Positions 11,439 through 20,488 of a stretch of DNA of 34,000 nucleotides are shown one piece after another. Where the stretch lies: contig NC_068997.1 of NCBI RefSeq assembly GCF_001194135.2, positions 19,116,035-19,150,034 of the forward strand. The letters are read 5' to 3'. A model generated the notes under the pieces. The model was not told where the DNA came from. It was given only the letters and a program-made list of their open reading frames with translations, and searched no databases. The translations under genes were made by a program, and so were the position numbers. The stretch is from Octopus bimaculoides (lineage: Eukaryota). The stretch's first letter is position 1. The number at the start of each line of letters is the position of its first letter.

Positions 11439-11670
11439 ACGGGGACGTGAACACACCAACACCGGTTGTCAAGCGATGATGAGCGATGAACACACACATA
11501 CATATACAAATATATATATACGGGCTTCTTTCAGTTTCCGTCTACCAAATCCACTCACAAGGCTTTGGTTCGCCCGCGACTCTAGAAGAAGACACTTGCT
11601 GAATGTGCCACACAGTGGGACTGAACCCGGAACCATGTGGGTGGGATGGAAGCTTCTTACCATACAGCCT
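11439..11670 (-). mobile_element. SINE family A, emerges from gap
   Basis: CGGGCTTCTTTCAGTTTCCGTCTACCAAATCCACTCACAAGGC...GGGACTGAACCCGGAACCATGTGG...CTTCTTACCATACAGCC. Confidence 0.9.
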
Positions 11671-11679
11671 GTTATTATT

Positions 11680-12070
11680 GATTCCTCTCCACACGAACGC
11701 ACACAGGTCGGTTGTAATCATGCGAACGTATGATCAAAGGCAATCTAACCATGGCCATCTCATCACTTTTAAGAAGGTGTATATCTTGATCACACTTTTC
11801 AATGATCGTAAGATATGAAGATTTAGCTGTTATTTCTAGCAGATCGATCAGTTACCGATACACTTTATTTTATCTTTATCGCTCGGCTAGTCTTGAACGA
11901 TCAGAATTATGATCAAAAGCATTCCAGCCTTGACCATCCCATTCCATTTTTTTTTTACTTTCAGGTATTCGATTAGCTTATCCGTTGTGTCCACCTGTTT
12001 TCAAAACAGCAAGGGAAAATTTAAGGGAGATTTAGTTGTTATTTCTCGGTACACATGCTCTATATCTCAA
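11680..12070 (-). mobile_element. Cluster of partial family F copies
   Basis: TATGATCAAAG(G/C)ATTCCAGCCTTGACCATCCC and GATTTAG.TGTTATTTCT modules, each repeated. Confidence 0.6.
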
Positions 12071-12857
12071 AGACACGAAATAAAATGTGACATTTATATG
12101 GTTCCTAAAAGTATTAGCGATATGCAGAACGATTTGCAATCAGGCGCCAAAGCTATGGGTTGTATGTTCAGTTTTCCCGTAACTCACTTTTTCAGTATGT
12201 TCGCTCATTGTTAATGTTATATTAGGAGCGGGCAGGGGAAGCAAGATTGTGCAGTGTTCAAGCCTTTCTCAAAGGTACTTGTGATGTAATGATAGAATGT
12301 TTGCACTCGAGACAATTTCCGGATGCTGACCTCAGCTCAACAAAAGGTTTAACACCTAATTATTTCCAGTGCACTTGACATTTTCTAAACAAAAATAGTT
12401 TATATTTATATTTTAAAGTATCATTAAAAACTTAATTACACTGGTGCGCGCACACACACACACACACACAAGTGAATTAATAAAATGTTGAAAATAAGCT
12501 TTAAAAAAATCAATAGATCCCTTAACTTACTCCTGTCATTCTATTTGAATGTTTCTTTTTATACCTTAATTTTTGCCCTTTGACACGAAACAGAAGTGTA
12601 TCTATCTATCCATCTATCTGTCTGTCCATCCATCTGTCCATACATACATACATACAGGTAAGATCTGGAGGTGCACAATATCGAAAACACCTAGCTGTGC
12701 TCAAATGATTTGAGCTTAGATTTCACTCAGGTGAGATTATATAGAGATAATGATGCAGATAAACAGAATTAGGTTTGATATATATATATATATAGAAATA
12801 TATATATATTATATATTATATATATATATATATTTTTTATTTATTTATGTGTTTCAG

Positions 12858-13133
12858 NNNNNNNNNNNNNNNNNNNNNNNNNNNNNNNNNNNNNNNNNNN
12901 NNNNNNNNNNNNNNNNNNNNNNNNNNNNNNNNNNNNNNNNNNNNNNNNNNNNNNNNNNNNNNNNNNNNNNNNNNNNNNNNNNNNNNNNNNNNNNNNNNNN
13001 NNNNNNNNNNNNNNNNNNNNNNNNNNNNNNNNNNNNNNNNNNNNNNNNNNNNNNNNNNNNNNNNNNNNNNNNNNNNNNNNNNNNNNNNNNNNNNNNNNNN
13101 NNNNNNNNNNNNNNNNNNNNNNNNNNNNNNNNN
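12858..13133. other. Assembly gap
   Basis: N run after (TA)n. Confidence 1.
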
Positions 13134-13248
13134 AAGGGTAAAGGATTATCAATTTATTAATAAATTAATAATTAATAATTTTTACCAAGCCCTTCGGTAT
13201 GTTAGCACCATTATCGGTGTGGAACTTATTTAATAGTTCTTATACATT

Positions 13249-13436
13249 TATAAACAAAATTAAGGGATCAGCAAACAGGTTGCTTCACCACATACCGAAG
13301 TTCAGAAATAGCAGCTAAAAATGCTGAAACTCCAACAGATAGCTATCTGTTGGAGTTTCAGCATTTTTAGCTGCTATTTCTGAACTTCGGTATGTGGTGA
13401 AGTAACCTGTTTGCTGATCCCTTAATTTTGTTTATA
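13249..13436. repeat. 188-bp spacer-less palindrome (94-bp arms, one mismatch)
   Basis: Axis between 13342 and 13343 (CAGATAG|CTATCTG); arms compared base by base, sole difference GGTTGCTTC versus GAAGTAACC. Confidence 0.97.
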
Positions 13437-13465
13437 TATATATATATATAAACAATATACATATT

Positions 13466-13858
13466 AGGTGCAGGAGTGGCTGTGTGGTAAGAAGGCGCAG
13501 GAGTGGCTGCGAAGAGGTGGCTTTGTAATAACAAGCCTGTTTCCCAACCACGTAGTTCCGGGTTCTGTCCCACTGCGTGACACCTTGGCAAGTGTCTTCT
13601 ACTATAGCCCCGGATCCGAAAAAGCCTTGTGAGTGGATTTGGTAGATGGAAACTGAAAGAAGCCCGTTGTATATACATGTGTGTGTGTGTCCACGATCGC
13701 TTTGACAACAGATGTTGGTGTGTTTACGTTCCTGTAACTTAGCGGTTCGGTTAAAATGACCGAGAGAATAAGTCCTAGGGTCGATTTGTTCGATTAAAGG
13801 CGGTACTCGAGCATGGCTGCAGTCAAATGACTGAAACAAGTGAAAGAGTAAAAGAAAG
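13466..13858 (+). mobile_element. SINE family A, full length, with reiterated 5' head
   Basis: GG(T/C)GCAGGAGTGGCTG occurs twice plus a third GGTGGCTTTGT, before a single B-box GGGTTCTGTCCC and the standard body and tail. Confidence 0.9.
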
Positions 13859-13983
13859 TATATATAGATACGTATAGAATGATATAAATTACCCAAATAT
13901 ATATAGATACACACACACACATATATATATATCGAGATAGATAGATATGTGGGGTGGGGTATATGTATGTGTGCGTATATATA

Positions 13984-14824
13984 CAGGATGCAGTGAATGA
14001 AATGTCTAAATAACGCAAAAATTAAAATATCACTGACATCACATTTTAACAGATATATTTACCAAAATTACATAAAAATATCTTGAAAAACTAAAGAGTA
14101 AATTTATTCCATAATATCGCCATTGACTTCAACCACAGCCTCCAGACGACTTCGGAATCTCCTGGAACTCTTATGGGCGGTCTCCTTGTTTAAGTTGGTG
14201 AATACTGTCGTAATACTTGCCTTCAGTTTATCTTTGGTGTTACAAGGAGTTTTGTTGGTCTCTCGTTCAACTGCACCCCACACATAATAATCAAGGGGGT
14301 TGCAGTCTGGGGAGTTAGATGGCCAGATGCTAAGGGTGGTGTGGTCGCAGAAATTGTCTGACAGCCATGACTGGGTTTTCCTGTTTGTGTGGCATGGTGC
14401 AGAATCCTTTTGCCAGACATAGGGTCTTCCAGCAGCCACCCTTTTAACCCAGGACAGCACTACTTCCTCCAGGCACTTGATGTAGTTGAATCTGGGGCTG
14501 TGTGGGAAGATGAATGAAAGCATAACGTCACCATCACAAGTGATCACTCCAAACACCATGATGTTGGCTGGATGATTGATTTCTATCACTCTCGGTATAT
14601 GTCCTTAGATTGACATGCAAACACTCCAAAATGTTCGTATTGGAGCTTCCGGGCATGTCGTTTCCAAATTTGTGGCTGAGTGAATCGCGTCATGATGCTG
14701 TTTTTCTGACAGACGGTGCATAGCTGACCCTACTATACCGTGTAGTCGACAAAACCAAAAACAAACAATGCGAATGCATAAAATTAAAAATATAAAATGG
14801 CGACAATTTATCCATCCTACCCTC
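13984..14824 (-). mobile_element. Tc1/mariner transposon, DD37D (maT) family, internally deleted, 841 bp
   Basis: TA at 13982-13983 and 14825-14826; degenerate TIRs CAGGATGCAGTGAATGAAATGTC vs (rc) GAGGGTAGGATGGATAAATTGTC; transposase remnant with 37 residues between the D of QKDSAPCH and the D of NPLDY. Confidence 0.9.
14104..14693 (-). pseudogene. DD37D transposase pseudogene: N-terminal stub joined out of frame to the catalytic C-terminus
   Basis: ATG at 14693 gives MTRFTQPQIWKRHA then shifts out of frame; ORF 14104-14589 carries MVFGVI, QKDSAPCH, WPSNSPDCNPLDYYVWG; no region with the first catalytic Asp or most of the DNA-binding domain. Confidence 0.88.
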
Positions 14825-14950
14825 TATGTGTGTGCGTGTGTTTTAAAGTAAATTAAGAATAGCTGATGACATTCATTGAAAAAAAATAGGGAAAAAGATT
14901 GAATACAAATACAGAATTATAGTATTGGGCTGAAATTACAGTGTGCCGGT

Positions 14951-14989
14951 GACTTCGACGTTTCGCCGCGAACGGCTCATCAGACAGTC
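14951..14989 (-). ncRNA. Minimal type I hammerhead ribozyme motif, Penelope-like
   Basis: Minus strand reads GACUGU-CUGAUGA-GCCG UUCG CGGC-GAAA-C-GUC-GAAGUC: both core boxes intact, perfect 4-bp stem II with UUCG loop, GUC cleavage triplet, stem I 5 of 6 paired. Confidence 0.75.
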
Positions 14990-15064
14990 CAACGAGCCTT
15001 TCTCTATGAAACTGAATTTTTAGCCTTCTGTTATAATTCTTTTCACAGCTATTATGTATTGTGT

Positions 15065-15172
15065 TAATGTTAATTAAATCGACACCAATACTTGGCTCAT
15101 ATATTAGATCAAACCACCGACTGATGAAAGGAAAAGTCGGCCTCACCTCGGCAGGATTTGAACTCATGACGC
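15065..15172 (-). mobile_element. SINE family E fragment
   Basis: GATGAAAGGAAAAGTCGGCCTC...CGGCAGGATTTGAACTCA matches the family E B-box region. Confidence 0.7.
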
Positions 15173-16585
15173 CAAGTAACTAATACCACGATACCATCTG
15201 TTTCACCTTAGCTGTTTGAAATGGAAAAGCAGTGTTGATGCTAATGAAATTTGAATGTTGAACATCGAGTCAAGCTTGAGATTAGTTTTTCTTATGGAAA
15301 ACATTTTAGTATGTATTTTGAGTCACTTGAGGCCAAACAGAGAAATTTGGGGGTTATGAAAAGGTTTTAGTGTACAAAGAGAAATTTTAAGACGATCGTA
15401 TGGTCGTAGAACAAGAAAGCTCTTGATAGTGATTTAAAATAGTAGGTATAATGAAAGTCACAGTATTCGTTATTACCGATATTCACATCTAAGTAGCAAA
15501 ATCAATGACCACAGGAGTTGGGAAACGTATAATCAATACAGACAAGCCTTCCTAGAAAATCACGTATCCATTTTAGCCACGTATGGCTTTCGTCATATAA
15601 AGTATTATAATTTATACCAGTATATTATAAATTATTAATGTATTATATTTATACGTAATAATATACAATATCATTTTGTGTGTGTACAATACATCTATGC
15701 ATTATGTGCATTAATTATAATTTTCTGTAATGTGCCCATAAGCTTTAAGTGCTTTTATACCAAAAATTGTACGTACGAAGTCGTTTAATACATTGTAGTT
15801 TACTTATAAGTATAAAGTGAGAAAATATCTATTGTCGTTTTGGTTGTATTTTATAGTCTTAAATCGAAATATGAGTAAATCTTGATCCGCTGGAAAGCAA
15901 ACAATGTGATAATCACTTATGACTCACCCGAAACGTACAGTTTATTTTGTAATTTGTGCTAAAGAAATCTTTAGTAATAATTTCATTCGAACTGGCATTC
16001 TTCCAGCGTTTTTATGTGATGGAATAAACAGTCAATAGAATCGATCCTCACGATATTACTGGTGCTTATTATATCGATTCCTGTGAGATAATATGACCTG
16101 ATATTATAACCACGTGGGACAAAACTAATTCTATTTAGAATACGAACTATTAGTCACAAGGGACAATACAAAATGCGTTTAATCTAAAACTCTACAGAAT
16201 CTACCATTTATTTCAATAAGAGATAGTAATGATGGAAATTATAGCGATAATAATGATTCCTTATATTGGTACAAAGCCATATATTTATTGGCAAGATTTA
16301 TGGAAGACTAGATCTTCCCAGTACACGCCTGATATTTATTTAATCGATTTCACAAGTACACACTATGTAGTATTTTATTGCAGTAGTTTTAATTTAAAAT
16401 AGTATACATACAAATGTTCTGTGTAATTTTCCTTTGTTTCATGAGTTATGTATGAACTTGTGTTGTAAATTACCAAAGTTTCTTTTACTTGTTCTGAAGA
16501 TTGGGTATTTGGACGGCGGATGTGCGTTTTTGTGCAGTTGGTGTTCGGTTTCTCAAAATTTCTCGGTATAACGTTATAAAGATGG

Positions 16586-16760
16586 CGGTTATAGGAAATT
16601 TTGCCGTAGGAACATTCGCCGTTAAAGATTTCGCTTTAAATGACCTAATCACGTTTTTTTATTTTTATTATGTTTGACGTTGAATAAAGACTTGCCTATG
16701 TGGCTATCTTTCGATAAAGGCAAAGGGATAATGAAAGTGCTTGTTCGGCAATTTCCGTAA
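16586..16760. mobile_element. Possible MITE with reiterated GGAAATTT(T/C)GCCGT subterminal motif
   Basis: Left GGTTATAGGAAATTTTGCCGTAGGAACATTCGCCGT; right CGGCAATTTCCGTAA approximates its reverse complement; no TSD identified. Confidence 0.4.
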
Positions 16761-16964
16761 AAAATTTTCATTTAATATTTTCTTCAGCTATTTGTGTAAG
16801 TACTGTATATGTATGTGTATACACATACGTACACAAATATAGATACACATAAACGCATACATGTATACACAATAAATTCATAAACAGTATTTACACAAAT
16901 ATACATACATACACAAAAATATATTGATCTATTCAATTTGACGGCCAAATTTTTTAATTAATTA

Positions 16965-17240
16965 TTTTTAACTGAACACTTTGAAACTTCGGATACTGGT
17001 AGAATGTGTCACATAGAACAGGGTTTACTTTTAACGTTTTTGACAAAATTTTGTATTTTAGAAGTTATTTTGTGTTAAAGTTGTCGTATTTGGGTAATTT
17101 CAACCAATCAACGATGTGTATTCAGCTGGAGAGAATAGTGTGTTTTATGGTGGACCAAAATACTCGGATAATCCTTATTGGAATCAAATTCAATAGCGTT
17201 CGCGTACCCGAAAATTCAATAGCGTTCGCATACCCGGAAC
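16965..17240 (+). repeat. Dispersed repeat homologous to 1-190, ending in a 25-bp tandem duplication
   Basis: Shared blocks with 1-190; AAATTCAATAGCGTTCGC(G/A)TACCCG at 17186-17210 and 17212-17236. Confidence 0.6.
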
Positions 17241-17306
17241 ACATACATACATAAAAACTCAGCAAGAGAGCTTCTGTGCGTTCGCTTGACCTGCTAGAAA
17301 TAGCAG

Positions 17307-17475
17307 TTGTTCCATTTTAGCAACTTTCTAGACACCCCCACCCCCGGCAGGGGGTACAAATCAGTACAATGGGCCATGTAGTATTTATTTATTGACAGCA
17401 AGCTGCAGCATACATGGATCACATGTGAGGCCTTCGGGCAACTGCCCAATATGTCCATGTCTTCAGACGGCATTG
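17307..17475. mobile_element. Insertion with hAT-like right end and 8-bp flanking repeats
   Basis: AATAGCAG (17299-17306) vs AAGAGCAG (17476-17483), 7/8; right end GGGCAACTGCCCAATATGTCCATGTCTTCAGACGGCATTG; left TIR not recognisable. Confidence 0.5.
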
Positions 17476-17580
17476 AAGAGCAGCCAACTGTCCATCAAAT
17501 CATATCTATTTTTTTAAAAAAAGGACATCTTGTTCAAGGCAGTTTAGAGTACATTGATTAAATAAAAGATGGGATGGTCA

Positions 17581-17704
17581 AACTTGTGTAGCTAGAGTGT
17601 GTGCCATCCTGGGCAGTCCTTCCGTTTGCCACCTCCGGACCCCACAAAAAGCATATTGCCTACAGCAGACCCAAAAGTACTGCCCCCACCTAGCTACACT
17701 AGTG
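17581..17704. mobile_element. hAT-type MITE, 124 bp
   Basis: 15-bp TIRs AACTTGTGTAGCTAG / CTAGCTACACTAGTG (13/15); TSD GATGGTCA (17573-17580) vs GATTGTCA (17705-17712). Confidence 0.8.
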
Positions 17705-17802
17705 GATTGTCATAGTTGGAATGCCTTTGACAAGGGCTTGACAACAACATATATAGACCAGACCATACACCACAAGAGACTGATTAACTAAGGTTAATTA
17801 AC

Positions 17803-18070
17803 TGTCATCTTTACACCTATTTGCACTCATTAACAAGTGTTTCTGCTCTGATGAATTAACAAGCTGCATGCAATCTCTGTAGAAGCCCATTCAGTTTGCT
17901 TGCTGGTCCTTGTCTCATTTGTATCTCTACACTTCTTAAACCCTGCACCAAATCCCTCACTCAGTTTGTCCTTACAACTGCAAATCTCTGGAATACTCTT
18001 TCAGTCCTATATATCTTTGCATGTATCAACCTGCAGCTGTTGAAACTTAATGTTAACTATCAACTTAACT
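17803..18070 (+). mobile_element. CR1/L2-group LINE, decayed ORF2 3' end
   Basis: Translates (with frameshifts) to KCFCSDELTSCM ... TANLWNTL ... INLQLLKLNVN, resembling the CSxELxxxxP / LWNxLP / NLQxFKxxVN C-terminal motifs of this group. Confidence 0.7.
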
Positions 18071-18139
18071 CATCTGCAAAGGTCATTCAAGATAATGGTT
18101 ACCACTCCTACTAAATAATAATAATAATAATAATAAAAA

Positions 18140-18265
18140 TGATACCACCTGAAAACTTTAGAAATACCCTACAATCTAGGTGTATTGCAAAAGTCAGCAT
18201 TACTTGGAACTGCACACATATTGCATGAAGTACTGTGTGTCTGAGGTCCTTGTGACTTGACAAAC
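18140..18265 (+). mobile_element. R4/Dong-like (restriction-like endonuclease) non-LTR retrotransposon, extreme 3' fragment
   Basis: 18143-18244 reads YHLKTLEIPYNLGVLQKSALLGTAHILHEVLCV*, matching the QKxALLGTAHILRxVL C-terminus of RLE-clade ORFs; abuts (TAA)n at 18112-18137. Confidence 0.75.
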
Positions 18266-18267
18266 AG

Positions 18268-18487
18268 TATGTGTCTATGTGTTTGTATTTGTCCTCTCTA
18301 CCTTTTGACAACCAGTGTTGGTTTGTTTACATTCTCTTAAGTTTGCAGTTCAGCAAAAGAAAGTGATACAATAAGTATTAGACTTAAAATATAAGTACTG
18401 GAGTTGATTTGTTTAATTAAATCCTTCAAAGTGGTGCCCCAGTATGGCCACAGTCCAATAACTGAAGCAAGAAAATGATAAAAGATC
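18268..18487 (+). mobile_element. SINE family A, 3' half, diverged
   Basis: TTGACAACCAGTGTTGG.TTGTTTAC...GGTGCCCCAGTATGGCCACAGTC...GATAAAAGAT. Confidence 0.8.
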
Positions 18488-18526
18488 ATAGTGAACAATA
18501 ATGGCCATTTCCTTTAGAATATTACA

Positions 18527-19304
18527 GTTAGAATGATGAGATCGATCAGTTAATGTGCTGGCAGATCAAAGTCTGCATAAAAAATTTTTTTTAAATTGTA
18601 GAATGCAAACTGGTTGGTAGGGGAATTCAGTCCAGAATTCATGTAACAACAAACTCTATTAAATGCATCAAAGAACCAGGTAGTAATGTTTAACCAAATG
18701 ACCTGTTCGAACAATACTGAATTTGGAAAATGAAGAGACTCTTGAGAAGAAACTGTAGGCACTGATTTTCAGTACCCAACCTATCTACCTATCTGGTTGT
18801 TAAAACGAATAGAGTTAACACTTAATCTCATTTCATACACAATGTATTTCTTTAGAAATATGGTAATGGAAGAATTAAGAGAAATACATTTATTTTTCCT
18901 GCTATCCATCCTACTCCATTGGGAATTTATTTCAGATCTATTCAGCGCTATAGAAAGTGGGAGTTATCAAAACCCCAACCCAATTATCGATCTATGTATT
19001 TCTTAAAGTAAGGTAACTTAATGTTTCACAGTAATTTACATAATTGTCACAAACAGGCTTGTTTTGACATATTTATTCTAGCAATACGTTAGCTGAATCT
19101 TCGGACAGCAATGATTTTAAAAAAAACTTTAAAACCCCAAAGCTTTGTTCAAGGAAAAAATTGAGATGTTTGGAAGGTAGATAATAAATAGCAGCAAACA
19201 CATACAGCGCATCTGTATGTGCGAAATATATGTAGCTAAGACAAAACATCTCTAGTTTTAAGAAGCCTCCTTTGGTTTTTAAATTGAAATTCATTTTCAC
19301 TCAG
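18527..19304 (-). mobile_element. Decayed L1/Tx1-like ORF2 C-terminal segment between 58-bp direct repeats
   Basis: Minus strand, with frameshifts: IYYLPSK, TKLWGF..FKII..R, NVLLE*I, VCDNY..CETLSYL (degenerate CxxC..ETxxH knuckle), IDNW, KKYIVYEMR, in the order expected of L1/Tx1 C-termini. Confidence 0.5.
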
Positions 19305-19624
19305 AAGAAAATGATAAAAGATCATAGTGAACAATAATGGCCATATCCTTTAGAATATTACATCTAACCCTTTACATGTGATGTAAGAGCACTGCTAACA
19401 CAGTAGAACATGGTATTGACTTATAAAAATGTTTAATATACTTTGTAGCATATTATGGTTGTATAACGAAATACTTTGTCCCTACAAGTCATTAATGTGC
19501 ATACTACCATGATGCTGTTTTTCTTGTGCGCTTGTACTTATGAGGCTGTTTAACCAGTTTCCATGGCGAATAAGTGACCAAGGCAATAATATTTCTGCTG
19601 AATGAGACGCCAATTAATTACAAG

Positions 19625-19830
19625 AGTCACGGCCAGCCATTTTGAGGGGAGGGGGCAAGTCGACTACATCGACAGCAGTATTTGACTGTTACTTTATTTC
19701 ATCGACCCCTGCTGGAGGAACGAAAGACAAAGTTAACCTCAGACGGAATTTGAATTCAGAATGTAAAGCACCAGAAAGAACACTGCTAAGCATTTTATTT
19801 CATGTGCTAACCATTCTGTCTGCTTACCAC
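19625..19830 (-). mobile_element. SINE family E
   Basis: GGGGAGGGGGCAAGTCGACTACATCGAC...GGAATTTGAATTCAGAATGTAAAG...GCTAACCATTCTG. Confidence 0.85.
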
Positions 19831-20208
19831 TTTGGCATGATGCATACCATTGTACATATAGGACATGGTGAAATAGCTTTTACTTTCTTCTTCTTTCTTT
19901 CCTTCTTTTTTCTTTTTCTTTTTTTTTTCCTGCAAGAAGCAAGAGAGACTTCAACTAAGAGTTGTCAATGATTTCAATTGTCAAATTGTTTAATTTATAT
20001 CCAAATCTGAATTTGACAGGATGTAATTATATTTTGTGACTGATTTCATCTTTTCTCTTCTTTTTTTTATCTTTTCAGTTTTGTTTTGTTTTGTTTTGTT
20101 TTGTTAAAGAAGCGTGTTTTCTTTTATTGTTTGCTTATTTAAAAAAAATTTTTTTGTTGTTTTCAGCATTTCTGATTATGTAACTAATCAATGACTCGGT
20201 GAAATCTA

Positions 20209-20297
20209 ATGCTGTTTCGTGTCTTGTATCATTGCTATACAAGATCTTTGCTAAACCTTGGCCACACCTTAACAAACAAAGAGATTAGTTTATATAG
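20209..20297 (+). CDS. Candidate start-codon exon (exon 20167-20297), MLFRVLYHCYTRSLLNLGHTLTNKEISLY, product unknown
   Basis: T-rich acceptor TTTTTGTTGTTTTCAG ending 20166, donor TAG|GTAGAT at 20297/20298, 29 open codons plus 2 nt; the first 24 residues contain no D/E, like a mitochondrial presequence. No homology recognised. Confidence 0.3.
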
Positions 20298-20488
20298 GTA
20301 GATTTACATGAACACACACATGCACGCACACACACACACACACACGCACAAACATAGGAATGGACCTCTGTCATATGACAGTGATGATTCAACACACACA
20401 CACACACACACACATACACACACATATATACATGTATACAAACCCAAATAAGCATAATAGAAATGGATCTCTGTCGTTTGACAGTGAT

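Larger units (their letters stand above)
17265..17745 (+). mobile_element. SINE-like family F copy split by two insertions
   Basis: GTTCGCTTGACCTGCTAGAAATAGCAG / CCAACTGTCCATCAAATCA...GATGGGATGGTCA / TAGTTGGAATGCCTTTGA...ACAACAAC become contiguous after removing 17307-17475 and 17581-17704. Confidence 0.75.

Noticed and set aside
10785-11509. ORFs spanning the gap (also 12750-13233, 20285-20879, 32631-33312)
   Set aside because: Length is due to X residues from N runs; flanks are SINE or microsatellite.
12835-12857. Strong acceptor-like TTTATGTGTTTCAG right before a gap
   Set aside because: An exon could hide in the gap but nothing in the visible sequence can test it.
16582-16677. ATG in AAGATGGCGG context opening MAVIGNFAVGTFAVKDFALNDLITFF...
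   Set aside because: Frame lies in MITE-like sequence and stops after 31 codons; not called as a CDS.
18602-18679. 78-nt exon-like unit ECKLVGRGIQSRIHVTTNSIKCIKEP
   Set aside because: Its phase-1 end cannot join the next good acceptors without a stop, and the region is better explained as antisense L1-like decay.
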